From: Escherichia phage K1G
Sequence record: NC_027993.1
Direction: 5' to 3' (one strand)
Length of the DNA: 43,587 nt
In this document: piece by piece, positions 18,438-28,276 of the stretch
Layout of the letters: each line of letters opens with the position of its first letter
How positions within the stretch are numbered: the first letter of the stretch is position 1
Translations under genes and position numbers: made by a program
Notes under the pieces: generated by a model
What the model saw: only the letters and a program-made list of their open reading frames with translations
Databases searched by the model: none
What the model was told of the DNA's origin: nothing

Positions 18438-18949
18438 GTCAGGAATCAGTAGAAGCAGCCTACCGCCGTAAGCTGGCGTCGAACCCAGATGGTGAGATGG
18501 ACTACATCACGTTGCAAATCAGCCACCCGTTGCTGTCAAAGACGTATTATCTTGTGCGCGGGCTACAGGAACTTACGGCAACACTGGAGACAGGCGAAAC
18601 AATAACATTCGAGCCAACCCCGATGGAGGCGTCGGGCGCGGCTAACAACAGTGACATGGACCAGACGACCACGTTTACTCTACCGGATATCCTCAATCAA
18701 CTTGATGATGAGATGGATAAAATCCCGATGAGTAACACCGAGTTGCCGAAGTTCGTATTTCGCCGTTACGTCAGCACCGACCTGTCTTACCCGGCTGACG
18801 GCCCGGTCGTGTACGAGTTACAGGCCATCAACCAGGAGAATGGCGAGTTCTCCGCAGATGTTGGTACACCTATGCTGAACCAACGAAGCACTGGTATACT
18901 GATGACACCTAAAGAGATACCGTTATTACGCGGCCTGTTGACCACATGA
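18434..18949 (+). CDS. minor tail protein
   Basis: ATGA overlap with upstream gene (track start 18419 is TTG). Confidence 0.55.
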   Translation: MSQESVEAAYRRKLASNPDGEMDYITLQISHPLLSKTYYLVRGLQELTATLETGETITFEPTPMEASGAANNSDMDQTTTFTLPDILNQLDDEMDKIPMSNTELPKFVFRRYVSTDLSYPADGPVVYELQAINQENGEFSADVGTPMLNQRSTGILMTPKEIPLLRGLLTT

Positions 18950-19311
18950 ATATTAACGACTACACGGGCATACCTTACGACTTTCGCAAGCGCAATTGCT
19001 GGCATCACGTGCGCATTGTCCGCGCGGATGCCGGGTTAGAAACCCCGGCGTTCGACGTCACAAGCCCAACGGCAATTAATGAAGCGTTCGACGAAGGACA
19101 TCGCAACACGAAGGGGCTTACGAAAATAGATAAGCCTGAAAACTTCTGTGCGGTGCTTATGGGGTATCGCCGTGGTGGTCGTATCGTGTGGCACGCAGGA
19201 GTATACTTCGACGGGATGGTTAGCCATTGCGAGCTTGCTTCTCGTCAGGTACGGCTTGACAGGCTGGCGGACCTCAGAGACACGTACACGGAGATTGAAT
19301 TTTGGCGATAA
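18946..19311 (+). CDS. tail assembly protein (gpK-like position)
   Basis: 121 aa with conserved Cys/His (RKRNCWHHV ... HAGVYFDGMVSHCE) suggestive of NlpC/P60-like fold. Confidence 0.5.
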   Translation: MNINDYTGIPYDFRKRNCWHHVRIVRADAGLETPAFDVTSPTAINEAFDEGHRNTKGLTKIDKPENFCAVLMGYRRGGRIVWHAGVYFDGMVSHCELASRQVRLDRLADLRDTYTEIEFWR

Positions 19312-21815
19312 TCCTGCACTACACGCGAAACGCTGATGGCGCTTTCGACCGTACAAAACACGTCGGGATGCCGATGGAGTTTGTCGTTAACCGTATCCCG
19401 GACGGCGTGCCGGTGCGCGTCTACCTCGGCGAAATTGGTGATGATACCGACGTAACTGACGACTTCGACGCACTCAAAGACGAAGACGCCGTGTACCACA
19501 TTATAGAGGGTGCTGGTAGCGGGGCGCTTGGTGCCGTTAGTAAGGTGTTCGGTTTTATCCTTAAGCCAATCGCTAAGTTGTTTGGTCTGAACATGTCCGC
19601 AAACGCCAACTATACGGCGACTAACAACCAGACAACATCACCAAATAACAGCCTCACAGACCGCTCAAACAAACCACGCCCTTACGAGCGCTCCTATGAC
19701 ATCTGCGGGACTGTGCAGACAATCCCTAACGACCTGATGCAGACGTATAAAGCGTTCAACTCCACGGGTGCTTTGCTGGAGTATTCGTATTATGACGCGG
19801 GGCGTGGGCATCTGCATATTGAGGCTGATGGCGTAACGGAAGGCGACACCCTGATAAGCGACATCACAGGTTCTTCTGTTGCCGTATACGCGCCGTATAC
19901 CTCCCCGAACAACACCACATCGCCGCAACTACAAATCGGCGACGTCATTGATCAGAAACTCTATGTGACATACTCCAACGACGACGTTGACGGTATTGTG
20001 CTGAAAGCGCCAAACGACATCGGAGCTAACCCAAGCTCCGACGGCACCGCCAAACGTATTTCAAACACCGGCTACATTTATGACCCGTCTGGTGATTCTG
20101 CTTTTTCTGAGTTTCTTAGCGTCGGTGATGTCGCGGTGCTGAGCAACTTTGACGTTGCTGATGTCACTAACCTGAACGGCTCGTTTGAGGTTTTATACGT
20201 TGACGACTTCGAAGTAAGATTAGCGGTAAACGGTGCGTCTAACTGGGCGGCGTTGACCAGCGGGCAGACGTACACGTTAACAGAGCGTTCAGATACGTTT
20301 ATGGGCCCGAGCAACACCTATGACGTATCCCTTACCGACTGGTATTACATGGTGCGCGGAGAAGTTGACCGAGTACTTGCTAACGTTGCCGGGCAGAACG
20401 GCCTCTACAAATACGACGGTGGCTATAATCGCACCAGCGTAACGGTAGAACTCCAGTACCAGATGATTGACTCTCGGCGCAACCCATTGAGCGATATTTA
20501 CACAGTACAGGCTACAATTACCGGTAATAGCACGGATTACGTCGGTACGTCTATCTACGGGCAATTGCCTACTGCATCGCGTTTCCGCGCCCGTATGCGC
20601 CGTATAACGAATTTTGATAAGGACTACAACGGTACAGTAAGCGACGAGATAACCTTCATCAACCTGTACGGGCAGTCGCTGGACACAACCCCACACTACG
20701 GCAACCGAACTACCGTGCATTGCGCACGTAAACAGACGCCGCGTGCCGCCAGTATCGACAACCCAGAACTGCGCATGATTGCGACCGAGATGTGTTACAA
20801 ATACCTCGGCAATGGGGTATTCGATACAGTAATGACGCCTAATACACAGGCGGTGCAGTCGCTAATCAGACTGGCGCGTGACCCGGCGGTTGGTAATCTG
20901 GAGCTGACAACGGCAAACATGGACAAGTTACTTGCTGTGCAGGAAGAGATTGAATCTTATTTTGGCAGCGAATTAGCCGGGCAATTCTGCTACACGTTCG
21001 ACGACTACGACACGACGATGCAGGACATTGTTCAGACCATAGCTGAAGCCGTGTTCTGTACTGCGTACCGTAAAGGCGCGGACATTATGCTGCGTTTCGA
21101 CCGTCCGGTTGCAGGGCCTGAAATGGTGTTCACCCACCGTAGTAAGACGACCGGTACGGAGAAATGGACACGCACGTTCAACGATTCTACGACCTACGAT
21201 AGCCTGTCGTTCTCGTACATCGACCCGGATACGAACGTACAGGAAACGATTTATATCCCGGAAGAACTCGGTGCAAACACTGAGGAGTACGAATCGAAGG
21301 GCGTGCGCAACTATCAGCAGGCGTACTGGCTGGCATGGCGTCGCTACCAGCGCAATGCGTTAAGTAAAGTTGTCGTAGAGTTCGAAGCTACCGAAGAGGG
21401 GGCACTCGCTACACCGGGCGGCGTAATCAGCGTGGTTAAAGGCTCACGCATCGCGCCGCAGGATGGTTATGTTGTTGCCGTTAACGGGCTTACGCTTACG
21501 CTGTCTCAGCCAGTTACGTTTACCCCCGGAGACGACCACTCCATCATCCTCAAGAAGCGCGATGGCTCTGTGCAGAGTATCTCGGTTATCAAAGGAAGCC
21601 ACGACCGCGAGGTGATTATGCTCTCCGCGCCGGAAGAAGCAATCTACACGGGGAATAGCGCGCTAAAAACTGAGTTTTCATTCGGCAACGAAGCAAGGCA
21701 TAATGCTCAGAAGATAGTTGTTTCTTCAATCGACCCGGGCGACGACCGCACGGTCAAGATTACTGGCTACAACTATGACGACGGATTCTATAAATACGAC
21801 GGCGTCGCGCCATAA
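19302..21815 (+). CDS. tail tip / central tail fibre protein (gpJ-like); start uncertain
   Basis: 837-aa ORF between tail assembly genes and tailspike. Confidence 0.65.
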   Translation: MAIILHYTRNADGAFDRTKHVGMPMEFVVNRIPDGVPVRVYLGEIGDDTDVTDDFDALKDEDAVYHIIEGAGSGALGAVSKVFGFILKPIAKLFGLNMSANANYTATNNQTTSPNNSLTDRSNKPRPYERSYDICGTVQTIPNDLMQTYKAFNSTGALLEYSYYDAGRGHLHIEADGVTEGDTLISDITGSSVAVYAPYTSPNNTTSPQLQIGDVIDQKLYVTYSNDDVDGIVLKAPNDIGANPSSDGTAKRISNTGYIYDPSGDSAFSEFLSVGDVAVLSNFDVADVTNLNGSFEVLYVDDFEVRLAVNGASNWAALTSGQTYTLTERSDTFMGPSNTYDVSLTDWYYMVRGEVDRVLANVAGQNGLYKYDGGYNRTSVTVELQYQMIDSRRNPLSDIYTVQATITGNSTDYVGTSIYGQLPTASRFRARMRRITNFDKDYNGTVSDEITFINLYGQSLDTTPHYGNRTTVHCARKQTPRAASIDNPELRMIATEMCYKYLGNGVFDTVMTPNTQAVQSLIRLARDPAVGNLELTTANMDKLLAVQEEIESYFGSELAGQFCYTFDDYDTTMQDIVQTIAEAVFCTAYRKGADIMLRFDRPVAGPEMVFTHRSKTTGTEKWTRTFNDSTTYDSLSFSYIDPDTNVQETIYIPEELGANTEEYESKGVRNYQQAYWLAWRRYQRNALSKVVVEFEATEEGALATPGGVISVVKGSRIAPQDGYVVAVNGLTLTLSQPVTFTPGDDHSIILKKRDGSVQSISVIKGSHDREVIMLSAPEEAIYTGNSALKTEFSFGNEARHNAQKIVVSSIDPGDDRTVKITGYNYDDGFYKYDGVAP

Positions 21816-21869
21816 GGCAGCGGTTTCTCCGATGGATTCAGCAATGGTTTTAATTAAAGAGGACTCTAT

Positions 21870-24824
21870 ATGTCAAGCGGATGTGGTGACGTTTTAAGCC
21901 TGGCGGATTTACAGACCGCCAAGAAGCACCAGATTTTTGAAGCCGAGGTTATCACGGGTAAATCCGGCGGAGTAGCCGGGGGCGCAGATATTGATTACGC
22001 GACAAACCAGGTTACAGGGCAGACCCAGAAGACACTACCTGCCGTGTTGCGTGACGCTGGTTTTAAACTGGCAGATTTTGATTTCACGTCAGGCGGTACA
22101 CTATCCGCTAACGACCGAAACACCGCAGTTTTGTGGCCGTCGTCCTCTGGCGGTGACGGGGATTGGTACTATTGGTTGGGTGCTCTACCAAAAATTATCC
22201 CGGCGTCATCTTCTCCGCAGTCCACCGGTGGCGTGGCAGATGGGGCGTGGCAGCCTGTCGGGTCGGTCATACTGCGGCAGCAAATATCTGATGTAAACGG
22301 TGCAATTCTGTACCCAGATTTACATGTGGCGCGATGGAAGGACGAATACGACCCGCGCGCATGGGGCGCCGTGGGCGACGGCGTAACTGATGATACTCAA
22401 TCTATTTTTAATGTATTAGCAGCTTCCCCCAACAATTGGATTATAGACGGCAGGGGTTTGACTTATAAAGTTTCCCAATTACCTGACATTAGTAAATTTA
22501 AGAATGCTGCATTCGTTTACGAGCGCGTAGCCGGGCAACCGCTTACTTATGTAGCTGATGGCTTCTTTAACGGTTCACTAACTAAGGTGACGGATACCCC
22601 GTTCTACAACGCATGGACGCAGGATAAAACTTTCGTCTACGACCATGTTATTTACGCCCCGTTTATGGCGGGCGAACGACATGGTGTTCAAAACTTACAT
22701 GTAGCTTGGGTTCGCTCTGGAGACGACGGGCAGACTTGGTCAATGCCTGAGTGGTTGACTCCAATCCATGCTGACTATAATGCTAGTGTTTCTACGGACA
22801 GAGTTAACTACCACTGCATGAGCATGGGTACGTGCGGCAACCGATTATATGCAGTTATAGAAACCCGCTACTTATCTAATATGCGGATGAAGAAGGCAGA
22901 ACTTTGGTCACGCCCAATGCCGTATTTTAGACACCCAACCGGCGGAATAACTATTAGTTCTGGCTCCACTACTGCTACCATTGTCATAGAAAATCATGGC
23001 CTAAAAGCAGGAGATGCGGTTAACTTCTCTAATACATCGGCAACTGGCGTATCGGGTAATATGACGGTTTCGTCTATAATTAACCGAAATACGTTCACTG
23101 TTACGCTCTCAAGCCCGGCGAGTTCCACCATAAACAATGCGGGTGTTACCTGGAACTTCGCAACGCGATTCTGGGACAGCCCGTGGGAAATTACCGAATT
23201 GCCTGGGGTAGCATACTCCACTAACGCTGATTTGTGTGTCACGGAGACACATAGTTTTGCGGTTATAGATGATGTTAACTACACTATCGCTGTCGGCTAT
23301 CACAACGGCGATGTGTCCCCTAGGCGTCTCGGTGTCTTGTATTTTAGTAACGTGTATGACAATCCTGGCGTATTCGTTCGTCGCACTGTCGCTCAGGCAT
23401 ACGCTGATAACGCTTCTGAGCCGTGCGTGAAAAGTTATGGTGGTGTGTTATACCTTACCACACGCGGCACATTACCTACTTCCCCTGGCTCTACACTGGC
23501 GATGAGCACCGATTCTGGGCAAAACTGGAGCTACTTGCGATTTCCGAACAATGTACATCACTCCAATCTTCCGTTCGCTAAAGTAGGTGACTATCTCTAC
23601 ATCTTTGGTACAGAACGTGCCTTTGGTGAGTGGGAAGGTGGCGAGCAGGACAGCCGCTATGAAGGTTCGTATCCGAGGACCTTTATGTGCAAAGTTAATG
23701 TGTCGTCCTGGCCTTCATCTTTAGATGATGTTCAGTGGTTTAATATTACCGACCAAATATACCAGGGTCATATCGTTAACTCTGCTGTCGGCGTCGGCTC
23801 GGTCTGTGTTAAAGATGGCTGGTTGTACTATATCTTTGGTGGGGAAGACTTCTTCTCTCCCTGGAGCATAGGGGATAACAGTGCGAAGTTATGGTACAAA
23901 CATGATGGGCATCCGGCTGACTTATATAGCTACCGGATAAAGATTGAAGACCACCCGTACGTATCACGTGATTTCAAATACGGAGCAACTCCTAACCGTA
24001 CAATACCTGTCGCCATGGGGGTAGATGGTGTACGCCATGTAGAAGCACCTTTAACGTTTGACAATGATGTAAGCGTGTACTCCCTGCATGTAACGGGGCT
24101 GGAATACGATGGTACACAACAGTCTGCCGTGCGCGCACGGTTTGATGGTGATTACGGGCTGATTTCAAAAACAGTCCCCACTAAAACCCCATCGGCTCAA
24201 AGACTGATAGTTAGCGGTGGTGATGGCGCATCCAGTTCCGATGGTGCGTTGCTGCAACTGTACGGGGCAAACCATGCAACGCCTAACAGGGCTATTATGT
24301 ATGCGTCAGGAGGCTTCTACTCATACAACAATTTCCTTCCTTACTTAGACTCGCAAGTGTCTTTAGGTTCGGCAGGTAATAGGTGGACTACGGTGTACGC
24401 GACCACCGGTACGATAAACACGTCTGATGGTACACTTAAGACGAACAAAGAGGAAATTGAGGGACAACTCCTTACCGCATGGGAAGATATACATGTAATA
24501 TCTTTTAAGTGGCTTGAAAGCCTAGCAATCAAGGGTGACACTGCAAGGATACACTTCGGTGTGATAGCCCAAGATGTGCGAGACATCTTGGTCAACCATG
24601 GGCTTATGGAGAAAGATTCTACCAGTTGTAAATATGCTTTCTTGTGCTACGACTCAATTGAAGCTGCGTATGATATTGATGAAGATGGCCAGACTGTACA
24701 AGTATCCCCTCCCGGCGGCAGATGGGGAGTTAGGGCGGACCAGATGTTCTTCATAGAGATTGCCTATCAGCGTAAGAAGATGCGCGAGTTCGAGAAGAGG
24801 CTGGCAGCACTAGAAGATAAATAA
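21870..24824 (+). CDS. endosialidase tailspike (endo-N-acetylneuraminidase) with C-terminal intramolecular chaperone domain
   Basis: 984 aa; Asp-box motifs SGDDGQTW and STDSGQNW; long stretches matching recalled K1F-type endosialidase (e.g. GDGVTDDT, NYHCMSMG, HNVHHSNLPFAKVGD, ARIHFGVIAQDVRD); RBS AAAGAGGA. Confidence 0.85.
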   Translation: MSSGCGDVLSLADLQTAKKHQIFEAEVITGKSGGVAGGADIDYATNQVTGQTQKTLPAVLRDAGFKLADFDFTSGGTLSANDRNTAVLWPSSSGGDGDWYYWLGALPKIIPASSSPQSTGGVADGAWQPVGSVILRQQISDVNGAILYPDLHVARWKDEYDPRAWGAVGDGVTDDTQSIFNVLAASPNNWIIDGRGLTYKVSQLPDISKFKNAAFVYERVAGQPLTYVADGFFNGSLTKVTDTPFYNAWTQDKTFVYDHVIYAPFMAGERHGVQNLHVAWVRSGDDGQTWSMPEWLTPIHADYNASVSTDRVNYHCMSMGTCGNRLYAVIETRYLSNMRMKKAELWSRPMPYFRHPTGGITISSGSTTATIVIENHGLKAGDAVNFSNTSATGVSGNMTVSSIINRNTFTVTLSSPASSTINNAGVTWNFATRFWDSPWEITELPGVAYSTNADLCVTETHSFAVIDDVNYTIAVGYHNGDVSPRRLGVLYFSNVYDNPGVFVRRTVAQAYADNASEPCVKSYGGVLYLTTRGTLPTSPGSTLAMSTDSGQNWSYLRFPNNVHHSNLPFAKVGDYLYIFGTERAFGEWEGGEQDSRYEGSYPRTFMCKVNVSSWPSSLDDVQWFNITDQIYQGHIVNSAVGVGSVCVKDGWLYYIFGGEDFFSPWSIGDNSAKLWYKHDGHPADLYSYRIKIEDHPYVSRDFKYGATPNRTIPVAMGVDGVRHVEAPLTFDNDVSVYSLHVTGLEYDGTQQSAVRARFDGDYGLISKTVPTKTPSAQRLIVSGGDGASSSDGALLQLYGANHATPNRAIMYASGGFYSYNNFLPYLDSQVSLGSAGNRWTTVYATTGTINTSDGTLKTNKEEIEGQLLTAWEDIHVISFKWLESLAIKGDTARIHFGVIAQDVRDILVNHGLMEKDSTSCKYAFLCYDSIEAAYDIDEDGQTVQVSPPGGRWGVRADQMFFIEIAYQRKKMREFEKRLAALEDK

Positions 24825-24828
24825 AACT

Positions 24829-24854
24829 AAGGCCCCAAACGGGGCCTTTTCTCT
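24829..24854 (+). terminator. rho-independent terminator (convergent junction, bidirectional)
   Basis: AAGGCCCC-AAAC-GGGGCCTT hairpin then TTCTCT. Confidence 0.7.
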
Positions 24855-24990
24855 ACTCTTCTGATAGCTTCTCCAGTACAAACGCCAGTTGCGCATTAGC
24901 GGCGTCTCTTTGCTGTCGTAGTCGTAGAACCTCTTCTTCGAGTTCCTTGATACGTTTTTGCAATGCGGGAATCGGGGCTATGACGTTCAT
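24853..24990 (-). CDS. small coiled-coil protein (45 aa)
   Basis: ATG overlaps stop of upstream gene (ATGA); sequence MNVIAPIPALQKRIKELEEEV... Confidence 0.3.
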   Translation of the reverse strand: MNVIAPIPALQKRIKELEEEVLRLRQQRDAANAQLAFVLEKLSEE

Positions 24991-25172
24991 TTCTTACCTT
25001 CGCTTTTCTTGAAACTGCGCTTTATATCCGGCAGAGTGTAGCATCGTGAATTTTCGTACTTACCGTCCGAGCTTACCAAAACAAAGCTGTTGCCGTCTTT
25101 TGATATGTACTCGATGGTGAAAGTATTGAATGAATGTACGCTGTATATTTCGTCTCCAACATTAAGTTTCAT
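24987..25172 (-). CDS. hypothetical protein
   Basis: 61-aa ORF, start overlaps helicase stop. Confidence 0.45.
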   Translation of the reverse strand: MKLNVGDEIYSVHSFNTFTIEYISKDGNSFVLVSSDGKYENSRCYTLPDIKRSFKKSEGKK

Positions 25173-26593
25173 TTCTTACCTCGTCTCTTCATATAATTAA
25201 GCAACTCTTCTTGCACAGATTTCTTTTCGTCAGTACGCGCGGCGACAACCTCGTCCAGCGTGTCTTTAGCAACGATGTGGTACAGGAACACCGGCCTCTC
25301 GTGTCCTGCCTGTTTCTGGCGGACCGGGCCTATTCGCTCGACAACCTGCAAATAGTGCTCAAGGTTCCAGCCTTGCGAGATGAATGCCAGATGATGTCCG
25401 CCGTCCTGTAAATTCAAACCATGTCCGGCCGACGCAGGATGCACGCATAAGATTTCGATTTCGCCGCGGTTCCATGCTTCCATCTGCTTATTACCCTTAG
25501 CACCTTTCGCGAATGCCTGCGCCTGCGGGAAACGTTTCAGGATACGCTCCAGTTCGTGCTTGAACTGATAGGCTACCAGTAGCGGAGCACCCTGTAACTC
25601 CTCAACAATTGACTCCAGCGCATCCAGTTTCATGTCGTGCACTTTCTCCCAGTCTTTGGTTGCTTCTCCGTCTGGCCCTGATACATACACAGCACCAGAA
25701 GCAATCTGCAAACACTTTGACGTCTTTGCCGCGGCGTTAGCCGCTTCAACTTCTCCGCTTTCCAGTTCCGCGAATAACTTTTCCTCCATATCGATGTACG
25801 CCTGACGCGCTTTCTTCGGCAGATCTATTTCAACCGGCACTATAATAGGCGCTTCACAACCGAACCACTCAGCGGCGTCAATCGTGAGACTAATGTCCTT
25901 CATCTTCTGGTGGATCTCATTATCTGCACCAGGACGCGCATGATACTCCCGCGCCATCGCCGACTTACCTTTTTGCACAGAGTTGAACCAGCGGTCGGTG
26001 AACGCAGTGTACGATGAACCGAGGCGCTCGCCAGCGTCGATAAACCAGTTCTGGCCCCACAGGTCTTTGAGGCCGTTAGGCGACGGTGTGCCCGTCAGAT
26101 TGATGAAACGCTTAACTTTACCGAACGCCACTTTGCTGAGCGCCTTTGCCCGCTTGCTACCACCAGAACGGCTACGGAATGACTTCAGTTTCGTACTCTC
26201 ATCTGCAACGATAACCGTAAAAGGCCAGTCGTCTTTGCCGTAGTAGTCAATCAGCCACTCGATAACTTCGTAGTTGGTACACACCACGTTAACATCTGAC
26301 TCCAGCGCCGCGATGCGGCGTTTCTCTGAACCTGTCGCATCTACGACACGCAGGCACGGGAATCGCCATTTCTCTTGTTCTGCCGGCCATGTACCTGATG
26401 CAACGCGCAACGGGGCGAGAATTAACACGCGGTCGTCGTCCGTAAGTTGCCCGTTGCGGAACAGGCGGTTTAAAGTCCACAGGACGCTGCCAGTCTTCCC
26501 GGCGCCCATGCTCGCCCAAATATTACAGCGATGGTGTTGCAGCATGAACGAAGTCATGAGCTTCTGGTATTCGCGCCTTTGAAACTTACTCAT
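25169..26593 (-). CDS. SNF2-family DNA helicase/ATPase
   Basis: motif I GAGKTG, motif II DESTKL, LTGTP; 474 aa. Confidence 0.8.
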   Translation of the reverse strand: MSKFQRREYQKLMTSFMLQHHRCNIWASMGAGKTGSVLWTLNRLFRNGQLTDDDRVLILAPLRVASGTWPAEQEKWRFPCLRVVDATGSEKRRIAALESDVNVVCTNYEVIEWLIDYYGKDDWPFTVIVADESTKLKSFRSRSGGSKRAKALSKVAFGKVKRFINLTGTPSPNGLKDLWGQNWFIDAGERLGSSYTAFTDRWFNSVQKGKSAMAREYHARPGADNEIHQKMKDISLTIDAAEWFGCEAPIIVPVEIDLPKKARQAYIDMEEKLFAELESGEVEAANAAAKTSKCLQIASGAVYVSGPDGEATKDWEKVHDMKLDALESIVEELQGAPLLVAYQFKHELERILKRFPQAQAFAKGAKGNKQMEAWNRGEIEILCVHPASAGHGLNLQDGGHHLAFISQGWNLEHYLQVVERIGPVRQKQAGHERPVFLYHIVAKDTLDEVVAARTDEKKSVQEELLNYMKRRGKK

Positions 26594-27410
26594 TTACGGC
26601 CCCCATAAACGCCTTTATAAATTCGGCGGCTACTTGCGGGACGATGGCATTGCCGTAACCGCGCAATCGTCCCACTCTTGCGGGTATCCCATTAGCCAGC
26701 GGGAATGCGCCGGGTTCAACCGGCCGGAACTTTCCATCACGGCATCCGAGCCAGTCAGCATCTGACCAGAAGCCGTGGTGCGGGTTGGTTGACTCGCTTT
26801 CAATCCCTGCTCTGTTGAGTAGTCCAGCCTGTCGAATGTTCTGTCCCTCCCGTCCGTGCGAATCACTGTCTCTCCGCTCCCTCTGAAGTCGTTCGCTGTC
26901 GGTGTAGGCCAGTTCGTGCGCGCCAAAGAAGAGTCGTTCTCTTTTGTGCGGTGCGCCGACGCTACAAGCTGGGAGTACAGCAAACCCGACGGCGTAGTCT
27001 TCTCCTTCCAGGTGAGCTTGTAAATCGCACATCCACGATTTTGCAATTGCTGCCGCAACCTGCTCCCCAAAGATGACTGGAGGGCGGCACTCGCTGATGA
27101 GGTCGAGGAAGACCGGCGCGAGGTGTCTCGGGTCGAACTGTCCGAGTTGCTTTCCCGCCGCGCTAAACGGTTGGCAAGGCGGGCTTCCCGTCCAGAGAGG
27201 CGCATCTTCCGGAACTCCCGCAAGTCTGAGCGCGAGAGGCCAGCCGCCGATACCCGCGAAAAAATGACACTGGGTGAACCCGTCAAGGTCTTCTGGCTTA
27301 ACTTCGGTAATGCTTCTTTCATCTACAACTCCAAAAGGTATGTGACCCTGTTTTATCAACTCACGCAGCCACGCGGCTGCGCCTTTATCCCATTCATTGT
27401 AATAGTTCAT
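26586..27410 (-). CDS. DNA (cytosine-5)-methyltransferase
   Basis: motif I FFAGIGGW, motif [19 protein letters not shown] (ENV-like), C-terminal GYGNAIVP. Confidence 0.8.
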   Translation of the reverse strand: MNYYNEWDKGAAAWLRELIKQGHIPFGVVDERSITEVKPEDLDGFTQCHFFAGIGGWPLALRLAGVPEDAPLWTGSPPCQPFSAAGKQLGQFDPRHLAPVFLDLISECRPPVIFGEQVAAAIAKSWMCDLQAHLEGEDYAVGFAVLPACSVGAPHKRERLFFGAHELAYTDSERLQRERRDSDSHGREGQNIRQAGLLNRAGIESESTNPHHGFWSDADWLGCRDGKFRPVEPGAFPLANGIPARVGRLRGYGNAIVPQVAAEFIKAFMGAVNE

Positions 27411-27598
27411 TTCGCCACCAGAACTAACTCTTTACGCCCGAACGCCGTAACGTTACCGGTTACATCTTCGATAACCAGTTTACCGTTCGACTCGACGAAC
27501 ACCGTATCAACGGCAACAGGTTGACGTGTCTTAACGTTGAAAATCATGTCACCCGGTACGATGTCACGTGCTGGTTTGCGGTCATATTCGTGTTTCAT
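27407..27598 (-). CDS. hypothetical protein
   Basis: 63 aa, RBS AAGGAA, first gene downstream of promoter at 27632-27660. Confidence 0.5.
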   Translation of the reverse strand: MKHEYDRKPARDIVPGDMIFNVKTRQPVAVDTVFVESNGKLVIEDVTGNVTAFGRKELVLVAK

Positions 27599-27628
27599 TT
27601 CTCAATTCCTTATATTGTTGGTGTAGGA

Positions 27629-27913
27629 CTAACTATAATAGCTAGCTATTAGGTCGTCAACCTGTTTAAACGAACCAACGACAAAAACATTCGCACCACG
27701 TTTACGCATCCGCTCATGTTCCCGTAGCTGGTGCGGGTCTGGCTTCGTGTTCTCGTCTTTCTTAACCTCGACGAACCAGACTATGCCGCCGGGGAGAATT
27801 ACCAGCAGGTCTGGGGCGCCGGAACGCCCCTCGTAGGAGAGTTTGCGAACGAGGCCGCCAAGGGCCTCGAATCGGTCTTTTGCGTATTTCTGTACGCGGC
27901 CCTCTTTAGTCAT
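27629..27913 (-). CDS. VRR-NUC domain nuclease
   Basis: PD-(D/E)xK signature GAPDLLV...VEVKK; ATG at 27913 overlaps upstream stop. Confidence 0.6.
   Translation of the reverse strand: MTKEGRVQKYAKDRFEALGGLVRKLSYEGRSGAPDLLVILPGGIVWFVEVKKDENTKPDPHQLREHERMRKRGANVFVVGSFKQVDDLIASYYS
27632..27660 (-). promoter_or_regulatory. early promoter TTGACG-N17-TATAGT (family 1) with 16-bp perfect palindrome TAATAGCTAGCTATTA in spacer
   Basis: read on minus strand: TTGACGacctAATAGCTAGCTATTATAGTT. Confidence 0.6.
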
Positions 27914-28062
27914 GAGCGTAGATCCCAAGTAAGGAAAGCCCCTCCTAGAACGGCGACACCGACAAACTTAAAGAACAGGCCGTAACAGAACATCGCGGCT
28001 ATTCCTGCACCGAGTAGCAGTGCGAGCATGGTTACTATCACCCGAAATACGAACATTGTCAT
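27910..28062 (-). CDS. small membrane protein (50 aa, 2 predicted TM)
   Basis: strong RBS GGGAGGGG 9 nt upstream of ATG; hydrophobic MTMFVFRVIVTMLALLLGAGIAAMF... Confidence 0.4.
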   Translation of the reverse strand: MTMFVFRVIVTMLALLLGAGIAAMFCYGLFFKFVGVAVLGGAFLTWDLRS

Positions 28063-28144
28063 AATACGCACCCCTCCCGTTTGGTATGCTCAATTCCGCA
28101 GCGCGGGCAGATTCGACAGTCTTCTTCATAAAACCAGTAAATTT

Positions 28145-28276
28145 TCATTCCAGCACCCACAGATAAATTGCGATGAACATGCCCAATATGGCAACCATCA
28201 TGCCGTATTGACCCTCGTGACAGTAGACACCGGCAGCAAATCCCGCCAGTACCGCGATAATCAGTTTACTTGGCAT
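28145..28276 (-). CDS. small membrane protein (43 aa)
   Basis: ATG overlaps 3' end of polymerase gene; hydrophobic sequence MPSKLIIAVLAGFAAGVYCHEGQYGMMVAILGMFIAIYLWVLE. Confidence 0.3.
   Translation of the reverse strand: MPSKLIIAVLAGFAAGVYCHEGQYGMMVAILGMFIAIYLWVLE

Noticed and set aside
26630-27322. 230-aa minus-strand ORF in an alternative frame
   Set aside because: Overlaps the methyltransferase ORF, which carries canonical motifs; Ser/Arg-rich translation looks non-genic.
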